Positions 12,206-26,357 of a stretch of DNA of 64,000 nt are shown here, one piece after another (position 1 is the stretch's first letter; every line of letters starts with the position of its first letter). The DNA lies in the NCBI GenBank assembly GCA_963693365.1, contig CAVNZM010000007.1, forward strand, positions 8,243,962 through 8,307,961. Direction: 5' to 3'. Position numbers and translations under genes: made by a program. The notes below the pieces were generated by a model. It did no database searches. It was not told the DNA's origin and worked only from the letters and a program-made list of their open reading frames with translations. The stretch comes from Amoebidium appalachense (lineage: Eukaryota > Protista > Ichthyosporea).

Positions 12206-13157
12206 AAAATAAAAATTTATAATCCACAGTTAGATAATTTTAAAAGAGTGGGCCACTAGTATTAGTGAATGGGCCTCCTATGAAACCCCTATGGTGTACA
12301 GGCGCCTATGTGCTACGCTCAGCATCAGTTTGTCCCGAATGATTATTGTAGATACCCGGGCTGACAAATCCCAATGTGCGAGAACCTTTCCGCCAATAAA
12401 AAAAGCGTTCAGTAGATTAGATCCAATACTATGACTGGTAGGTTACCTAGATCACAAGAATGTAGCAGCCGCACCCGATCAGTTGGTCACATAATGCTCA
12501 CATTGAATGGTGCCGTGGGCCTGTTCGAAACTTCGGAAATATGAAACAATTGAACAAAGCCCCTATATGAACCCCAAAAATAGCGAATTGGATAGATTCT
12601 ACTTTACCCTTTGGGTTCCCCATGCCCTGAACTTCGAACGTTTGAGTCTGGTCCGTGACTCCATGTACTTGTCACTAGTAGAGTCCATCGTTATCCTGAC
12701 GGTGCTCTGAACGCCAATCATACTGCGGCTACGCACAAAATGGGGACCCCGTCATCCCAGGACGTCACATGACGGTCACATGAAGTACGAGCCGCCAATC
12801 ACTGGTGGCTTCCCCGCAACCACGTTCTCCCTAGATGTAAACACACCGTCCTCTGTGTTAGTGAGCTGATCCTGGCACTGGCTGGCAGATGGCGACTGTT
12901 GGCTGATGACCGTGTGGTCACTCTTTGGACCGGCGCCTGGACTACAGTGGTGGGCTGGCCATGGTGGCAGGGAATCAGCAATTGAAAAATGTATGCCTAA
13001 ACGTGAATTGCCTTACACTCTCAAGATGATCACCCAAACACGCCCTGCACGCGTCCCGTGACGACCTGTACATCATAATACGCATGCCAACTGTACTACG
13101 GGTACTAATTACTATGCATATGTATGTATGTACAGCCTGAGATGTATTCACACGTAC

Positions 13158-13238
<81 letters not shown>

Positions 13239-13668
13239 ATACATGTGTGTGTGTGTGTGCGTGCGTGCGTGCATGCGTGCGTGCACGGGTGTGTGTGTGT
13301 GCTGTGTGTGTGTGCTGTGTGTTGGTGTGTGTGTGTGTGCACGCGGTGTGTGTGTGTGTGTGACAGTTTTGTATGCGTGTGTGTGTGTGTGTGTGTGCCT
13401 TAGTCTCTGTGCATGTGAGTGTGTGTGTCCGCGTGTTCATGTCACATTGTGTGTGGGGGTGTCACACGCTGAGACCCAACCAAACGTTTTCCCCCACTTC
13501 CCCCCCTCCCCCCGTCCCTTCCCCCCCGGCTGCTCTCCCCTCCCCCCCCCCCCCTCTCTCCGCGGGGGGGGGGGGGGGGGGAGGGGGAGAGAGGGAGGGA
13601 GAGAGAGAGAAAGAGAGAGAGAGAGATATATATATATATATAGAGAGAGAGATAGAGGGGGGGGGGGG

Positions 13669-13703
<35 letters not shown>

Positions 13704-13782
13704 CTGGAGAGAGAGAGAGCTCTGGAGAGAGAGAGAGAGAGGGAGAGAGAGGGAGAGGAAGAGGGGGGGAGGGGGGAGGGAG

Positions 13783-13868
<86 letters not shown>

Positions 13869-13871
13869 TCT

Positions 13872-14048
<177 letters not shown>

Positions 14049-14598
14049 CCGAGGGATATCTGAAAAGAGGGGTTTTAAGGGGAGAAGGGGCCCTGGGGGG
14101 GTAGGGGGGTGAGGGGGTTAGTCAAAAATTCATGGGGAAGAGAGGTGGGGTGGGACTCGGGGGAAGAGGGGGATCGGAGCAAAAGTGGCGCCGGCTAGGA
14201 GGGAGTAGGGAGGAAGGGGGGCGGAGGGCCGGGGGGAGAGGCACACGTAAGGAACCCGGCACAACCTCCAGAATTCCGAGGAGGGGGGGTAAGGGGGGGA
14301 GGAAGGGGGGGGGGAGGGGCATAAAGCGCAGGTGCACACATCCATTCAACCCCCCTCCACCCCCCCCCCCCCCCCCCCCCCCCTTCCCGCCCGTAAACCC
14401 ACCCCTCAGAATTGTGTTCAAGTTGCCAAGTAGTACTGAGAGTGTGCCTAGGGTCTGCCTGTGTATTCTTGGATCACCGCCGCACACTTGTGTCTTGTGA
14501 TGATGTGCGTGTTTGTTTCAGAAAAAAAAATTGAGTGCATGCATGCACTTCTGTCTGACAAAGTGAAGGGTGAGGAGAATCTGGAAGGTGGGGTTGTT

Positions 14599-14629
<31 letters not shown>

Positions 14630-14668
14630 TGGCAGGGAGAGTAAGAGAAAGTAGGCCGGGGCAGTGGG

Positions 14669-14700
<32 letters not shown>

Positions 14701-14832
14701 GGGGGGGGGGGGAGGGGGGGGGGGGGGAAGTAAGGTTTAGGTACGGGCAGTAAGAGAGGAAAAGAGGAAGGAAAGAAATGATGTCATGTTGCATTGTGCT
14801 GAGCACAAAGATAGCAACCTAACTTACTAATT

Positions 14833-14914
14833 TACTGTCGGTGCTGTGTGGTAGACGGTATTTTCCCTAGAGGGCCTGAAAAGGTTCCCCGGGAACAAAA
14901 CGTGATAAAATAAA
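14833..14914 (+). repeat. Family B ~82-nt two-hairpin repeat, copy 2
   Basis: Starts TACTGTCGGTGCTGTGTGGTAGACGGTA, carries GAGGGCCTGAAAAGG and ends GGAACAAAACGTGATAAAATAAA, matching 12124-12205 with few substitutions. Confidence 0.85.
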
Positions 14915-15392
14915 CTAAAAAATGCATATCAATGTGTGCCAGGAGATCTTTGGAGCCTTTTTCAACAACCACGTGCGTAAAAGTGTGTATATATGCGCGC
15001 CTACTTGTACATGTTGTGTGCGCGTGTGTGTCACAGCATGAGAGTGTGTCTGCATGTGTGCATCTGTGCATTTGTGCGTGGGTGTGTGCATGCTTGCACA
15101 GGTGCGCGAGTGTCTGGTTGTCCCCAGACTAGCCGTTTAGTGTGTGAGTGTGACACGTTGGATTTGTGTGCAGGCTATTTGCGTTCTTGAGCGTATCTGC
15201 ATGTCCGTGTGTGCCTGTGTGTGCCTATCGTGTGTGTTTTGCATATGTGTTGTTAGATGCACGCGAGAGTGTAAGTGAGAGAGGAAGAGCGGGCAAGGAA
15301 GAGAGGGAGAGAGGGAGAGGGGAAGGAGGGGGGGGGAGGGGAAGAGTGTTATTGAGTGTGAAAGAGAGAGAGAGAGTCTGTGTTTTTTGCCG

Positions 15393-15423
<31 letters not shown>

Positions 15424-15492
15424 CGGGCATTCGCCAGCACATTCTATATGTGGTACTTTTGTGCAGGTGCTTGTAACGATCTGTGTGTACTT

Positions 15493-15545
<53 letters not shown>

Positions 15546-15792
15546 GTGTCACGTCTGTGTGTGACTTTTTTGTGTGTGAGTGTCTGTGTGTGTCCGAGAG
15601 TGTAACGGTGTGTGCACGTCACGGCGTGTGCCTCTGGTACATGAGAGTGAGGATGCGTCAATATATGCATATGTGGGTGTGGGTGTGGTCGTGTGTCTGT
15701 TTGTGTGTTCAAGTTGTGTCAATGCAAAAGTATGGGTGGATCGGTGGATGAGTGGTTGCCCTGTGTGCGTGTCTGTGTGTGGAAAACCTGTA

Positions 15793-16291
15793 AGGACCTA
15801 ACCACATCGGCAGAGTCAACTTGCAAAAAGCAGAATTATTCTGCAAAGTGGAATTATCCTGTAAAAAGCAGAATTTTTCTGCAAAAAGCAGAATTATTCT
15901 GCAAAAGCAGAATCACTCTGCTTTTAGCAGAATCACTCTGCTTTTTAGCATAATTATTCTGCTTTTAGCAGAATTATTCCGCAAAAAGCAGAATCATTCT
16001 GCTTTCGACAGCAGAATAACTCTGCTTTTAGCAGAATAATTCTGCTTTTAGCAGAATAATTCTGCTTTTAGCAGATTGATTCTGCTACTGTTTGCAAGTG
16101 GTTCTCCTTTTAGCAGATTGATTCTGCTTTTGCAGAATAATTCTGCTTTTAGCAGATTGATTCTGCTTTTGCAGAATAATTCTGCAAAGTTTAGCAGAAT
16201 GATTCTGCTTTTTGCAGAATAATTCTGCTTTTTGCGGACTAATTCTGCTCGGAGCTCGAGCAAGTTGACTCAGCTGATGTGGTTGGGCCCT
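15793..16291. mobile_element. 499-bp non-autonomous TIR element with 6-bp TSD and internal palindrome array
   Basis: 32-bp TIRs, 28/32 identical (AGGACCTAACCACATCGGCAGAGTCAACTTGC vs reverse complement AGGGCCCAACCACATCAGCTGAGTCAACTTGC). Direct repeat CCTGTA at 15787-15792 and 16292-16297. About 20 units of GCAGAATnATTCTGC inside. Confidence 0.9.
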
Positions 16292-16384
16292 CCTGTATGT
16301 GTTTGTGCACCTCGTGTGTTTGTGTCTGTTACGTGTGCGGCCCAAGTTGGTGCGTGCAAAAGCATGTCACAGTGTGACGTGTGT

Positions 16385-16415
<31 letters not shown>

Positions 16416-17365
16416 GGGGGGGGGGAAGTAAATATTTATATCGGGTGGAGGGGTGGATGGGGTGGGTGGGTGGGTGGGTGGGTGGGTGGGTGGGGGGGGG
16501 GGGGGGGGGGGGGAGACATTTACTAGTACTGATGTACAGTAACGACGCAGCGAGCAACAAGTAAGCCCCCCGGCAGTGACCACACAGGAGGGTCCTACGT
16601 TGGGAGTACTGCAGACACAGGGGACGGATCGCCGGGGGGGGGGGGGGGGGGGGGGGAGAAGATGCCAGTAGTGTGTAGCCCAGTGCTCTTTTCAGTTTTG
16701 TGAGCCCGTTGATCTGTACATAACTCTTCTTCACCACGCTCCATAGCAGCTTACGTGAAACTTCAGGTGATTGTACATTCCAGTCTTTCGCGTGCACAGA
16801 CAAAGTTTTCCGCATGCATATGCTCCTAATAACACGCAAATCAATTGCATCTCCTGAGATTGAAAGTAGCCAGCCACATTTGTAAGTGATATATGCGACG
16901 AATAATGGCTCGGAGACATTAAAGGCGTTATACAGGCAGTAATGATTTTCAGACGGTCACCGGAAACGTTACTCATTTATTCACGTTTTTTTTTGGTTTC
17001 GCCGTTGCTTGGAGTGGAAACATATTAGCCCCACCGGAGCGCTGGCTGACAAGCTACATGTTAAGTGCCTGCTAGTTACTAGTACTAGTCGAGCCGATAC
17101 AAGCCCAGACGCGATTATATTGAATGATTACCACTTGGGCCACTTTGCGTGAAAAACAGTGGCTGTCATGCACTACGTTACAGCAATTCTATGTGCTTTC
17201 GAGGTGGCCGTGGTTGGCAAATCCGGAGCTGTGGGGTTGTCACAGCTGGTTGAAGAGTTACGTATACACTTTTAGCTATGAGTGGCTCCGATCTATAGTA
17301 GCGTGTGTGGAATTTTAAACTGTGAATGCTGGCCGTGCAAATAGTGATGAGGTTCAAATTACGCC

Positions 17366-17884
17366 CTAAGGTAGGCTAGATGCGCTAAATGTGATAACAT
17401 CGACAGCAGAGGAGTCGCTTGTAGCAGCACCGTGGTACCTCATGGCCATGTACGTGCCGGCCCCAATCATGGCCGCACCAGCACATGCGCCTACAGCAAT
17501 GCCTGCAATGGCCCCACTTGCCAAACCCCCTGACTTGTCCGTTTTCCCCCCAGCCGCCGCCGTCGCAGACGTCGACGCAGAGTTGCTCCCTTCAATGTGC
17601 GCCGCCCCACCAGCTCCAGCTGCAGCCTCAGATTTCGCAGGTGCATCCTCTTTTTGGGGGTTGGCGGGGACTTCTGTCTCGGTAGGGATTTCTGTGGGTT
17701 CTGGCAGGATGTCAGATGGCATGGCTGCGCCAACGACGAGGTCCGTGGCCACTTGAGACGCGGGGGGGTCATTTTGCACCGGCACCTCAGGCACGTCATG
17801 GTTGTCTATGCCCGTCTTGGTTGAAACGGATGTGTTGCCGGCGCCGAGGACGACAACAACTGTAAGGAAGAACTTGAGGTTCAT
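17366..17884 (-). CDS. Small single-pass (type I) membrane protein, 172 aa, unknown function
   Basis: Hydrophobic N-terminus (MNLKFFLTVVVVLGAG), P/E/T/A/S-rich stalk, TM helix GAIAGIAVGACAGAAMIGAGTYMAM followed by R and a short tail. Non-repetitive, coding-like composition. Confidence 0.75.
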   Translation of the reverse strand: MNLKFFLTVVVVLGAGNTSVSTKTGIDNHDVPEVPVQNDPPASQVATDLVVGAAMPSDILPEPTEIPTETEVPANPQKEDAPAKSEAAAGAGGAAHIEGSNSASTSATAAAGGKTDKSGGLASGAIAGIAVGACAGAAMIGAGTYMAMRYHGAATSDSSAVDVITFSASSLP

Positions 17885-18164
17885 TGTGGGTGTTGTGTGC
17901 GGTGTATACCGTGTACGGTGTGTATGCACCGTTGTAAAGATATGTCTAATATAGTATATATAGTGTATTATAATTATGACCTATTTTGTGTGGTTACGAA
18001 AGTAGTTGTTGGAACTTGAGTCCACAGCCCATTCACTGCAAGAAACAGAGCTATATGTGGCTTACTGAGTTCAGCACAGGCCCTGCGTTACTGAGCAGGA
18101 AAGAAAGAAATTGTTGCGTTTTGTACTCCCACCATCATATAATGAGCGGTCGCCACAAACGCTT

Positions 18165-18290
18165 CCCTATTGGCGGAAATTGGATTCCAAATCTATTTGT
18201 AGATGCCATTGGTGGATCTATATTGCATACCCTCTTTTCGGCAGCACGGTAATGATTGTACGTGATTTTTAGCGCTTCCTATTGGATTTA
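18165..18290 (-). promoter_or_regulatory. Cluster of CCAAT boxes upstream of the membrane-protein gene
   Basis: Four ATTGG motifs (CCAAT on -) within ~125 bp, 280-400 bp upstream of the ATG at 17884; function inferred. Confidence 0.35.
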
Positions 18291-19081
18291 CCTAGATTGC
18301 GGCGTGCATGCAGATCTAACAATATTGCCATATGTTCCTGCCCTGGTGGCGTGTGCTGCATGCGCAGTGTGAGGCCAGGAAATATTCCCGGCACAGTCAC
18401 AAATAAAAGGGCGAGTCATCAGTTAATGACGTTGATCAAGAATAAAATATAAACCAAAAAAAAAGAGAAAAGAAAAGGAAATAGCAAAGAAAAAACTTCA
18501 CGCATTCAATATTATGGCACATAGCACACGTAGGCACGTGCACACCACCTGTGGGTTAACTTTGGGGTGCACGTGGATCCATGTAAGTACATAGATCATC
18601 AGTGAAATGAGAACTGGCCGTAAGCTTTTAAGGTCATTGATGGATGAACACTGCTACATGCAAGCTAACTGTGAGCTGTGAGCTGTGAGCTAAATTGCCG
18701 TGTGTACATCATGCATTGCACACGTGCATGCACCGCGCCGGTACGTACGGCCCGTGCATCGATACTACGCACACCTATATGTAGCTACGGCAACAGTCTT
18801 GTCCGGGAGATACATACATCAAAGCGCCCAATATTGGGATACAACTATTTTGAAAGCCTCCCGGCCAGCCTCTAGATCTCTCTCTCTCTCTTTATCTCCT
18901 TCTCCCCTCCCCCCCCCCCTCCCCCCCTCCCCCCCCCCCCTCGGCGCCCCCACCCCCCCCACCCCCACCCCCGGGCCCCCCCTACCCCCCAACACCCCTC
19001 TAGGCTCTCTATCTCCCTCTCCCTCTCTCCCTCCCCCCCCCCTCTCTCTTTCTCTCCCTCCCCCCCCCTTCCCCCCCCCCC

Positions 19082-19096
<15 letters not shown>

Positions 19097-19160
<64 letters not shown>
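19097..19160. repeat. (TA)n microsatellite
   Basis: Directly visible perfect dinucleotide run. Confidence 0.95.
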
Positions 19161-19161
<1 letters not shown>

Positions 19162-19644
19162 TCTGTACAAAACACACATTGTGTACACACAGTCACGTAC
19201 TATTATACCCACCCACTACACAAAGACAGAGAGAGACACACGCACACACACACACACATGCACAAGGTCATGTAAGTACAGCAGTTAGCACGGTTACTTC
19301 CTGGGAAAAAAAAAAGTTGAATCCCGTTTTGTCCCCGAAGTGACCCCCTAGGAGCCAGGGAGGCCTCATAGGGACTACCGTCTTCCACTCAGCACCGGCT
19401 TTACCCTAACTTTAGGGTGTTAAAGGTGCAATCAGCTAAGTCAACACACCGTTACCAATCATATCTACTAGTACACACATAGCCCAGGATTTGCACCCAG
19501 CCTCGCCGGTGGGGGGAATTACGGTTACGTATGGAAAACTTCAATTTGTGGAAACATTAAAGAAGGGAAATTTGGCAACTTCCAGCCTTCCTCAAAGGCC
19601 CTCCCCCCCCCCCCCCCCCTCCCTTCGCGCAAGCCCACCCTCCC

Positions 19645-19675
<31 letters not shown>

Positions 19676-19727
19676 GCACTCACACACTGTCACATATGCA
19701 CCCACACATACGCACACACACACGCAC

Positions 19728-19759
<32 letters not shown>

Positions 19760-19780
19760 GCGCGCACACACACACGCACG

Positions 19781-19874
<94 letters not shown>

Positions 19875-20174
19875 GTCAAAAAGGTCCTCCCCCAGCGCCT
19901 CACCCAACCCCCCATCCAACCACCCCCACCCCCCCTCCAGCTCGCTTCCACTATCCCCGGTAGATCCGGGAGACAGGGACTTGTCTGAATTTAGGAAACT
20001 TTGAATAACCTTGCCACCAGATCTGGCTGCAAGGAAGTAAGAGGGGTAATTTGGGTTTTCAGCGATTTTGGGGAATCGTTGAAGAATTTTTCTGATTACG
20101 AGTGGGCACACACCTACGTGTCACAAACACACACACACACACACACGCACACACACACGCGCGCACGCACACAC

Positions 20175-20257
<83 letters not shown>

Positions 20258-20288
20258 TCACACTTTAAGACTCACACACATCCACGCA

Positions 20289-20350
<62 letters not shown>

Positions 20351-23300
20351 CACACACACACACACACAATCACACGGCGGCCACCAACACCACCACCAGA
20401 CGGCACCAACGGCACCCACACATGTGCGCAAGCACCCCCATCTCTACCACTACCCCGTCTCCGCAGTGGAAAAGTAACAGATAAAAAGCATGACTCAGAA
20501 ATGTGAAAAACAAACCACACACATGGGGCAGTACGAAACATGACCCACAGCAGGAAGCAGGGGACAGAGGGTGCAGACCTTTTTAGGGGACGGGGAGGGG
20601 GGGGGAGGGGGGGGGGGGAGGGGAATTCCCGGAAGGGGGGGAAGGGGGGGGAGAGGGGGAGGGGCGGGGGGGGGGGGGGGGGGAGGGGGGAGGGAGGGGG
20701 GGAGGGGAGGGGGGGGAGATAGGGTGGATGGTAACAATGAAACTTAGGAAGAGGAGGAGGCACATCGGACGGGGGGAGGGGGGGGATGGGGGGGAGGGGG
20801 AGGGTAGGGGGGGGGGGGGGGGGACGGGTGGAAGGAGAGAAAGGGGAAGATTATGACGTGTGGTAACTCAAGAAACCCAAATCCAACAACACGGGTGGTA
20901 TTTGTCCCCCCCTCCTCCCCCCCTCCTGCCGGCAAGCACCCATGCACCGCACGCTGCTCTGTAACTACGAGATAACCAGATACAGAGTTGGGGCACAGAG
21001 TTTAGATGCCCCGGGGGGGGACGGAGGGGCCGGGGGGGGGGGGGGGGGGGGGGGGGGGGAGGGAGGGGGGGGGGAGGGGGGGGGAGGGGACGGAGGGGGG
21101 GGGGGGGGGGAGGGGGGGAGGGAGAAGGTGGAAGAAAGGGTTACACCACCCAAGAGAACAGGGAACAGGGTATGATTAGGGAAGAGGTGGTTTGGTGGGG
21201 AGGGGGATTCTACTCACGAAAAATGTTTGTAATTGTCCATTTGCTGCATTTCTCTCAATTCGTTAACACTCCGGTGTGTTTCTCTTCAATTTTCAATTTC
21301 CCACTTTCCGTAATCTTTCCTGTTAACCCATCTTGGGTTTTTTCTCCTGTTGGGGCTTTATAGTCTTCGTTTTCAGTGCTGGCAAGTCGCTCTTTCCTTT
21401 CACCAAATCAAATAGACTCCCTCCAATTCTTACTCCTGTAAATCGGGTTCAGAGTCTTCCTCTTGTCGGCACCCCCCCCCCCCCCCCTCCCCCCCCCCCC
21501 CTCCCCCTTCACACACACACACAAACAAAAAAAGAAAGAAAAAAAAAGAAAAGAAAAACCTCTCTTTCCCTCTCCATATACATGACTTCAGTTGCCTTTG
21601 AGGTATTGTGGGTTCCGAATATGTCCTTAAACCTCCAAATCCTCTCCCCACCCCCTCCCCCCCTCCCCTCCGGGACCCCCCCTTACGCACAGCCCCAGAT
21701 TGATCCACACGGCACCCAAATAGATGTCAGGATCTCAACTCGTCTGCAGCCTTTTATCTCTTCGTCCCTTCCCCTCCCCCCCCCCCTCCCCCCCCCCCCC
21801 CCCCCCCCCCCCCTCCCCCCCCCCCCCCCCCCCAACCCCCCCCCCCCCCCCCCCCCCTCCCCCCTCCCCCCTGCCGCAGCTCCAACCCCGGCCTCTATCT
21901 CCAACAGAAAATAAGAAAACATAAGTCCATGCATAACGCACAGAAAATAATCCCATGCAGTGCATCGTTACACAGGCACATATTTAAACTATATGTGTGA
22001 AACTTTGGAGGACAGCCCCCCGGGGACGGTTGGGGGGGGGGGGGAGAGGGGAGGGGGGGGGGGGGGGTTTATGGAGGGGGAAAGGGGGTGAAAAGAGGAG
22101 ACAGAGCAGGGTGGGGGAAGGGGGATCGATAGTAAGGGAACTCTGACCACGTTTGTTTAAGCAGCTGCCTTACCTTCCTTCCCCCCCCCCCCCCCCCCCC
22201 CACCCTCCCCCCCCTCCCCCCCCCCCCCCCCCCAAAAAAAATGAATTAAAATAACTTGAAAATAATCAGTAAATAATTGAAATAAAGCCATGAAATAAAT
22301 AATATAATAGTAAAATAAATATAAAAAATTCAAAAAGAACAGAACAAGGAGAGAAGATAGACCATTGTCAGACTGCAGCACTTTCCACGACTCCAGCTTT
22401 GTCCCCTCCAACCCCTCACCTCCTCCCCCTCTCCACTTCCCCGCCCCCCTCCCCCCCTCCCCCCCCTCCCCCCCCCTCCCCCCCCCCTCCCCCCCTAATC
22501 CCCTCAACCCCGTCAACCTATATCCGGTCCGACCCCTTTTTATTGTTGCTGTATCCCTCGGTACTGGATCTTTTAATTAAAACCCCTCCCTCTTAGAGTA
22601 GCCTCCGTCTTCATGCATCACTGGTTTAAGTGAGGGTCTCAGGTCAATTGGGGTAAGGCCTTGGAGGCAAAGGGTGAGGGGAGGGGAAAGGGGAGTGGGG
22701 GGGGGAGGGGGGGAGGGCAAAAACGGAAAAAACCATGCATGACCAGCCTTTTAAAAAGGCCACCCACATATGCATACTCTTTCCAGGCCCCTCTTCCTAC
22801 CTGTTCATACCAAGGCCACCTTATCTGACAGATAAGAAGATTTACTTTCTACCCCTAAAGCCAACGTCGACACCCAAACGCCAATTGGTTTAGAATTTCT
22901 ATTGCAAAAGGAAAAGGCTGCATGGATTCCAGAATCAGCAAATGTTTGGTGATATCAGTGACATGCACTCATAAGCAACAACAGTATCCCCCCCCCCTTG
23001 CCCCCCCACCCCCAGCCCCCACCACCACCACTTTAAACCCCTTAACCCCACAGCACACCACACCAGAACCCCCTCAGCCGATACGTAAAATTTCGTATCA
23101 GACCCCCCCCCCCCCCCCCCCTAGATCAACACCGCGCTAAACTAGCCCCTTTCCAAATGTAAATAGTACAACCCGATAGTTCTGCCATTTCTCTTTACGG
23201 GGACCGGTCCAGAAAGTAGGTATATTGGTCTCTTGGGGCCGATATCCACCAAAAAGCAGCAGTGATGCAAAATAGCTTAAAAAGGAGTTAACTATCAGCC

Positions 23301-23426
23301 CCCGCCCCCCCCCCCCCCCCCCCCTTCCCCCCCCTCTCCCCCCTCAGCCCCCCCCTCACCCACCATCCATCCATTTGCCACTCAACCCATCTCTCTTTCA
23401 CATGCCTTCTCCGTTCACAACTAGCT

Positions 23427-23463
<37 letters not shown>

Positions 23464-23874
23464 CCAAAAGAAAAAAAAAACTCACCATCCCCCCATCTCC
23501 CTCCCCTTCGCACCCTCCTCCTCTCCCCCGGACCCCCCCCCACCGCCATCACCACCATCACTACCCCGATCCTGCCCCACTTCACCCCAACCAAACCCCC
23601 TTGCCCATTTTTAACCCAAAAGGCCCTAAAAAAGAAGAATGGAATATTTTACCCGCATGCTCACCCTTGCCCTGCAACATTACTCCACCACCACCACGAC
23701 CACGAACCCATGGGCAGCACGAGATTTATACAAACTGCAACCCCAACAGATCCCATGGCCTCAAATCCTCGGCACCCACCCACCCACCCCAATCACCCAT
23801 CATCACTGAGATTTGAAATTAGAAAACCCAACTCCGTCCTCATAACCCCCCTTCTCCCCCCCTCCCCCCCTCCC

Positions 23875-23905
<31 letters not shown>

Positions 23906-24652
23906 AAAAAAAAAAGAAAGAAAAAAAGAAAGAAAGAAACACACTGCGTGGGCCGTGAAGTCTACGCGTCTGGCAATTACAAAATCCATGGGTTGCATTT
24001 TCTCGTTGGCCATAACATCAACATTTAGAAGGTTAGAAGCACAGCCTTTAAACCGGGAATTGGGTGGTGTGTGACTCGGGTGTTTGGTGCGAGGGGATGA
24101 GGCTCCGATTTGAAGGGGAGAGAGGACGGGGAGGACGGGGGAGGAGGCGAAGGGGGGGAGGGGTCTCGGAGGGAGGGATGGGGGCAGAGAGTGGGAGCAA
24201 GGTGGAAGGGAGATGGGAGAGGGACCCCTGGCTGGTCTACCAACCCTACCACCACCACCACCATCACCTCAATTCCTCCTCCCTCTTTCCTTCCCTTCCC
24301 CTCTCCCCCCCAACTTCGAACCTGTCCACTCCTCGCTAACAACACAAGGCAGAACCAAGAAAAGAACCCTTCCTTAATAACCTGAAATCGTTTTGTTTGT
24401 TTTTTCACTAGGCACCTTTTACCTCCCCTCCCCCCTCCCTCCCCCCCTACCCCCCCCCCCCCCCCCCCCCCCCCCACCACCACCACCACCACCACCGTCT
24501 GGACCACCATAGACACACACATTTCCTCTCCTCAACCCATACTGGGCCTAGAATTTCTTTTTTTTTGTGTCCCGGGACTTGTTGTGGGTTTGGGATATGA
24601 TCTTGTCGCAAGGTCGCAAGGGAGGTCTTCGGTGGTGTGTGCGCGTGAGGAG

Positions 24653-24683
<31 letters not shown>

Positions 24684-25003
24684 AGGGGAAGGGGGGGGGA
24701 AAGGCCAACTTGAGCGGCAATTTTGTGACCTCACGGGTAGGTGGGGGTGGATTCGGAGGAGAGGGGCTCGGGGGGAGGCAGGGAGAAAAGTGGGGGAGGG
24801 GACCGAAAAAATATGAGTAGCTCTTACCCACCCTTTTTCCTCCTTCCAGATCCAAACTAATGTGCATTCCTTCTTCCGTCTCACTTTCCGGCTTCCTGAT
24901 GTAGTTCTGGTAAGAAAATTCAAAGGGAAATCTCGGATGCTCTGTGCAGATGAGAACCTAACGAACAAACAGTCGATGACAACCGTGACGTGCACACCCA
25001 GGC

Positions 25004-25041
<38 letters not shown>

Positions 25042-26326
25042 ACACACACACACCCACACACACACCATGGGCTAATACGCCCCTTTGTGAGCAGCTTTGA
25101 GTCTGTTCAGGCCTGCTTTGCCTTTGACTGTGCCCACCTTCCTCCTTCCCCCCCCCCCCCCCCCCCCCCCCCTCCCCTTCCCCCCCCTTACCCCTTCCCC
25201 CCTCCCTCTCCCCCCTCCCGTCCCCTTTTCCCATAAACAATCAACATCCCGCCCTCTGGCCTCCACGTCTTCACTTGTTCCCCCTCAAGGGAGGGGGACA
25301 CCGGGGGAAGAGGGAGGGGGAGGGGGGGAGGGGGGGGGAAGAGTCATTCAGGAGGGCGGACAAGGGGGGGGGGGGGGGGGGTTCTGAAGATTTATCTCAG
25401 ATAAGCATTCGTTTTCAGCCGTTGGAAATCTCTTCTCAGACAGAGGCGGATACAAACCATCATCCCACGTGCAAAAAATTGCACAAGACTACACATACAT
25501 GGGGGACTTTTTCTGTTGTGGTTGCCTTTCTGTCTCAAGCTGGGGTCTATTGTGCACTATAATTTGTTAGGCATTCTATTGGATGTGTTATTAGTCAGCA
25601 AAAATGCATTCCCAGCGCGCCCACTCTGGGTGAGGGGGGTTGGAAGGGAGGAGGGGGATTCCAAGAAACAAGAAAAAAGCCACCCAGCCAACAACCCCTG
25701 TTTCTCGGGGTGTTGAGCTGGATCCGGGAGGTGGAGGAGGAAGGGAAGTAATCGCGGGTTTTGGCCCTTTTGTACATCAAGAACCCTCCCCCCCCCCCCC
25801 CCCCCCCCCCCCCGCCCTCCCCCCACGCACACACACACCCACCCCCACCCCCCTCCACCCCATCCGCCCCTTTCCCCGCACTGAGATATCCTCTCCTGCC
25901 CTCGTCAGATTCCTCAGGGGTTTAGTCATAGGACCCCCCCCCCCCCCCCCCCTTCCCCCCTCATGATCGATAGCGGCTCAAGACTCCAATTCACTCACTT
26001 TGCCTTTGTTCCTGATTGTTGCCCTTTCGTTTTGAGACATTTAGGCCTCACCCTAGTTCGCTCTTCAAGCCCCCCCCCCCCCCCCCCCCCCCTCCCCCTC
26101 CCCCCCCATCCCCACCCCCACAGTATTGCCTCCATATTTCATCACCACCATCCGGCAACCGTTTTCACCTGTCTCAACAAGGCTTTGCCGAGTGGATATG
26201 TTGCTACAGACAGAGTTGAGAATAGAAGGAGGTTTCAAGATGATATGGGGTGATGGGGATGAGCATTGGGGTACAGTATGAAAGGATGGTGGCGTGTGTG
26301 TGAGTCTGCGTGTGTCAGAGACAGAC

Positions 26327-26357
<31 letters not shown>

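Noticed and set aside
15825-16250. Palindromic array as a CRISPR locus
   Set aside because: Spacers are only 3-6 nt and not unique, there are no cas genes, the context is eukaryotic, and TIRs plus a TSD explain it.
19960-20110. RKILQRFPKIAENP as a retrotransposon RT/RNase H remnant
   Set aside because: Too short, and no other pol motifs are nearby.
25420-25630. FLLWLPF as a GPCR TM6 exon
   Set aside because: A single short motif with no other helices or linkable exons found.
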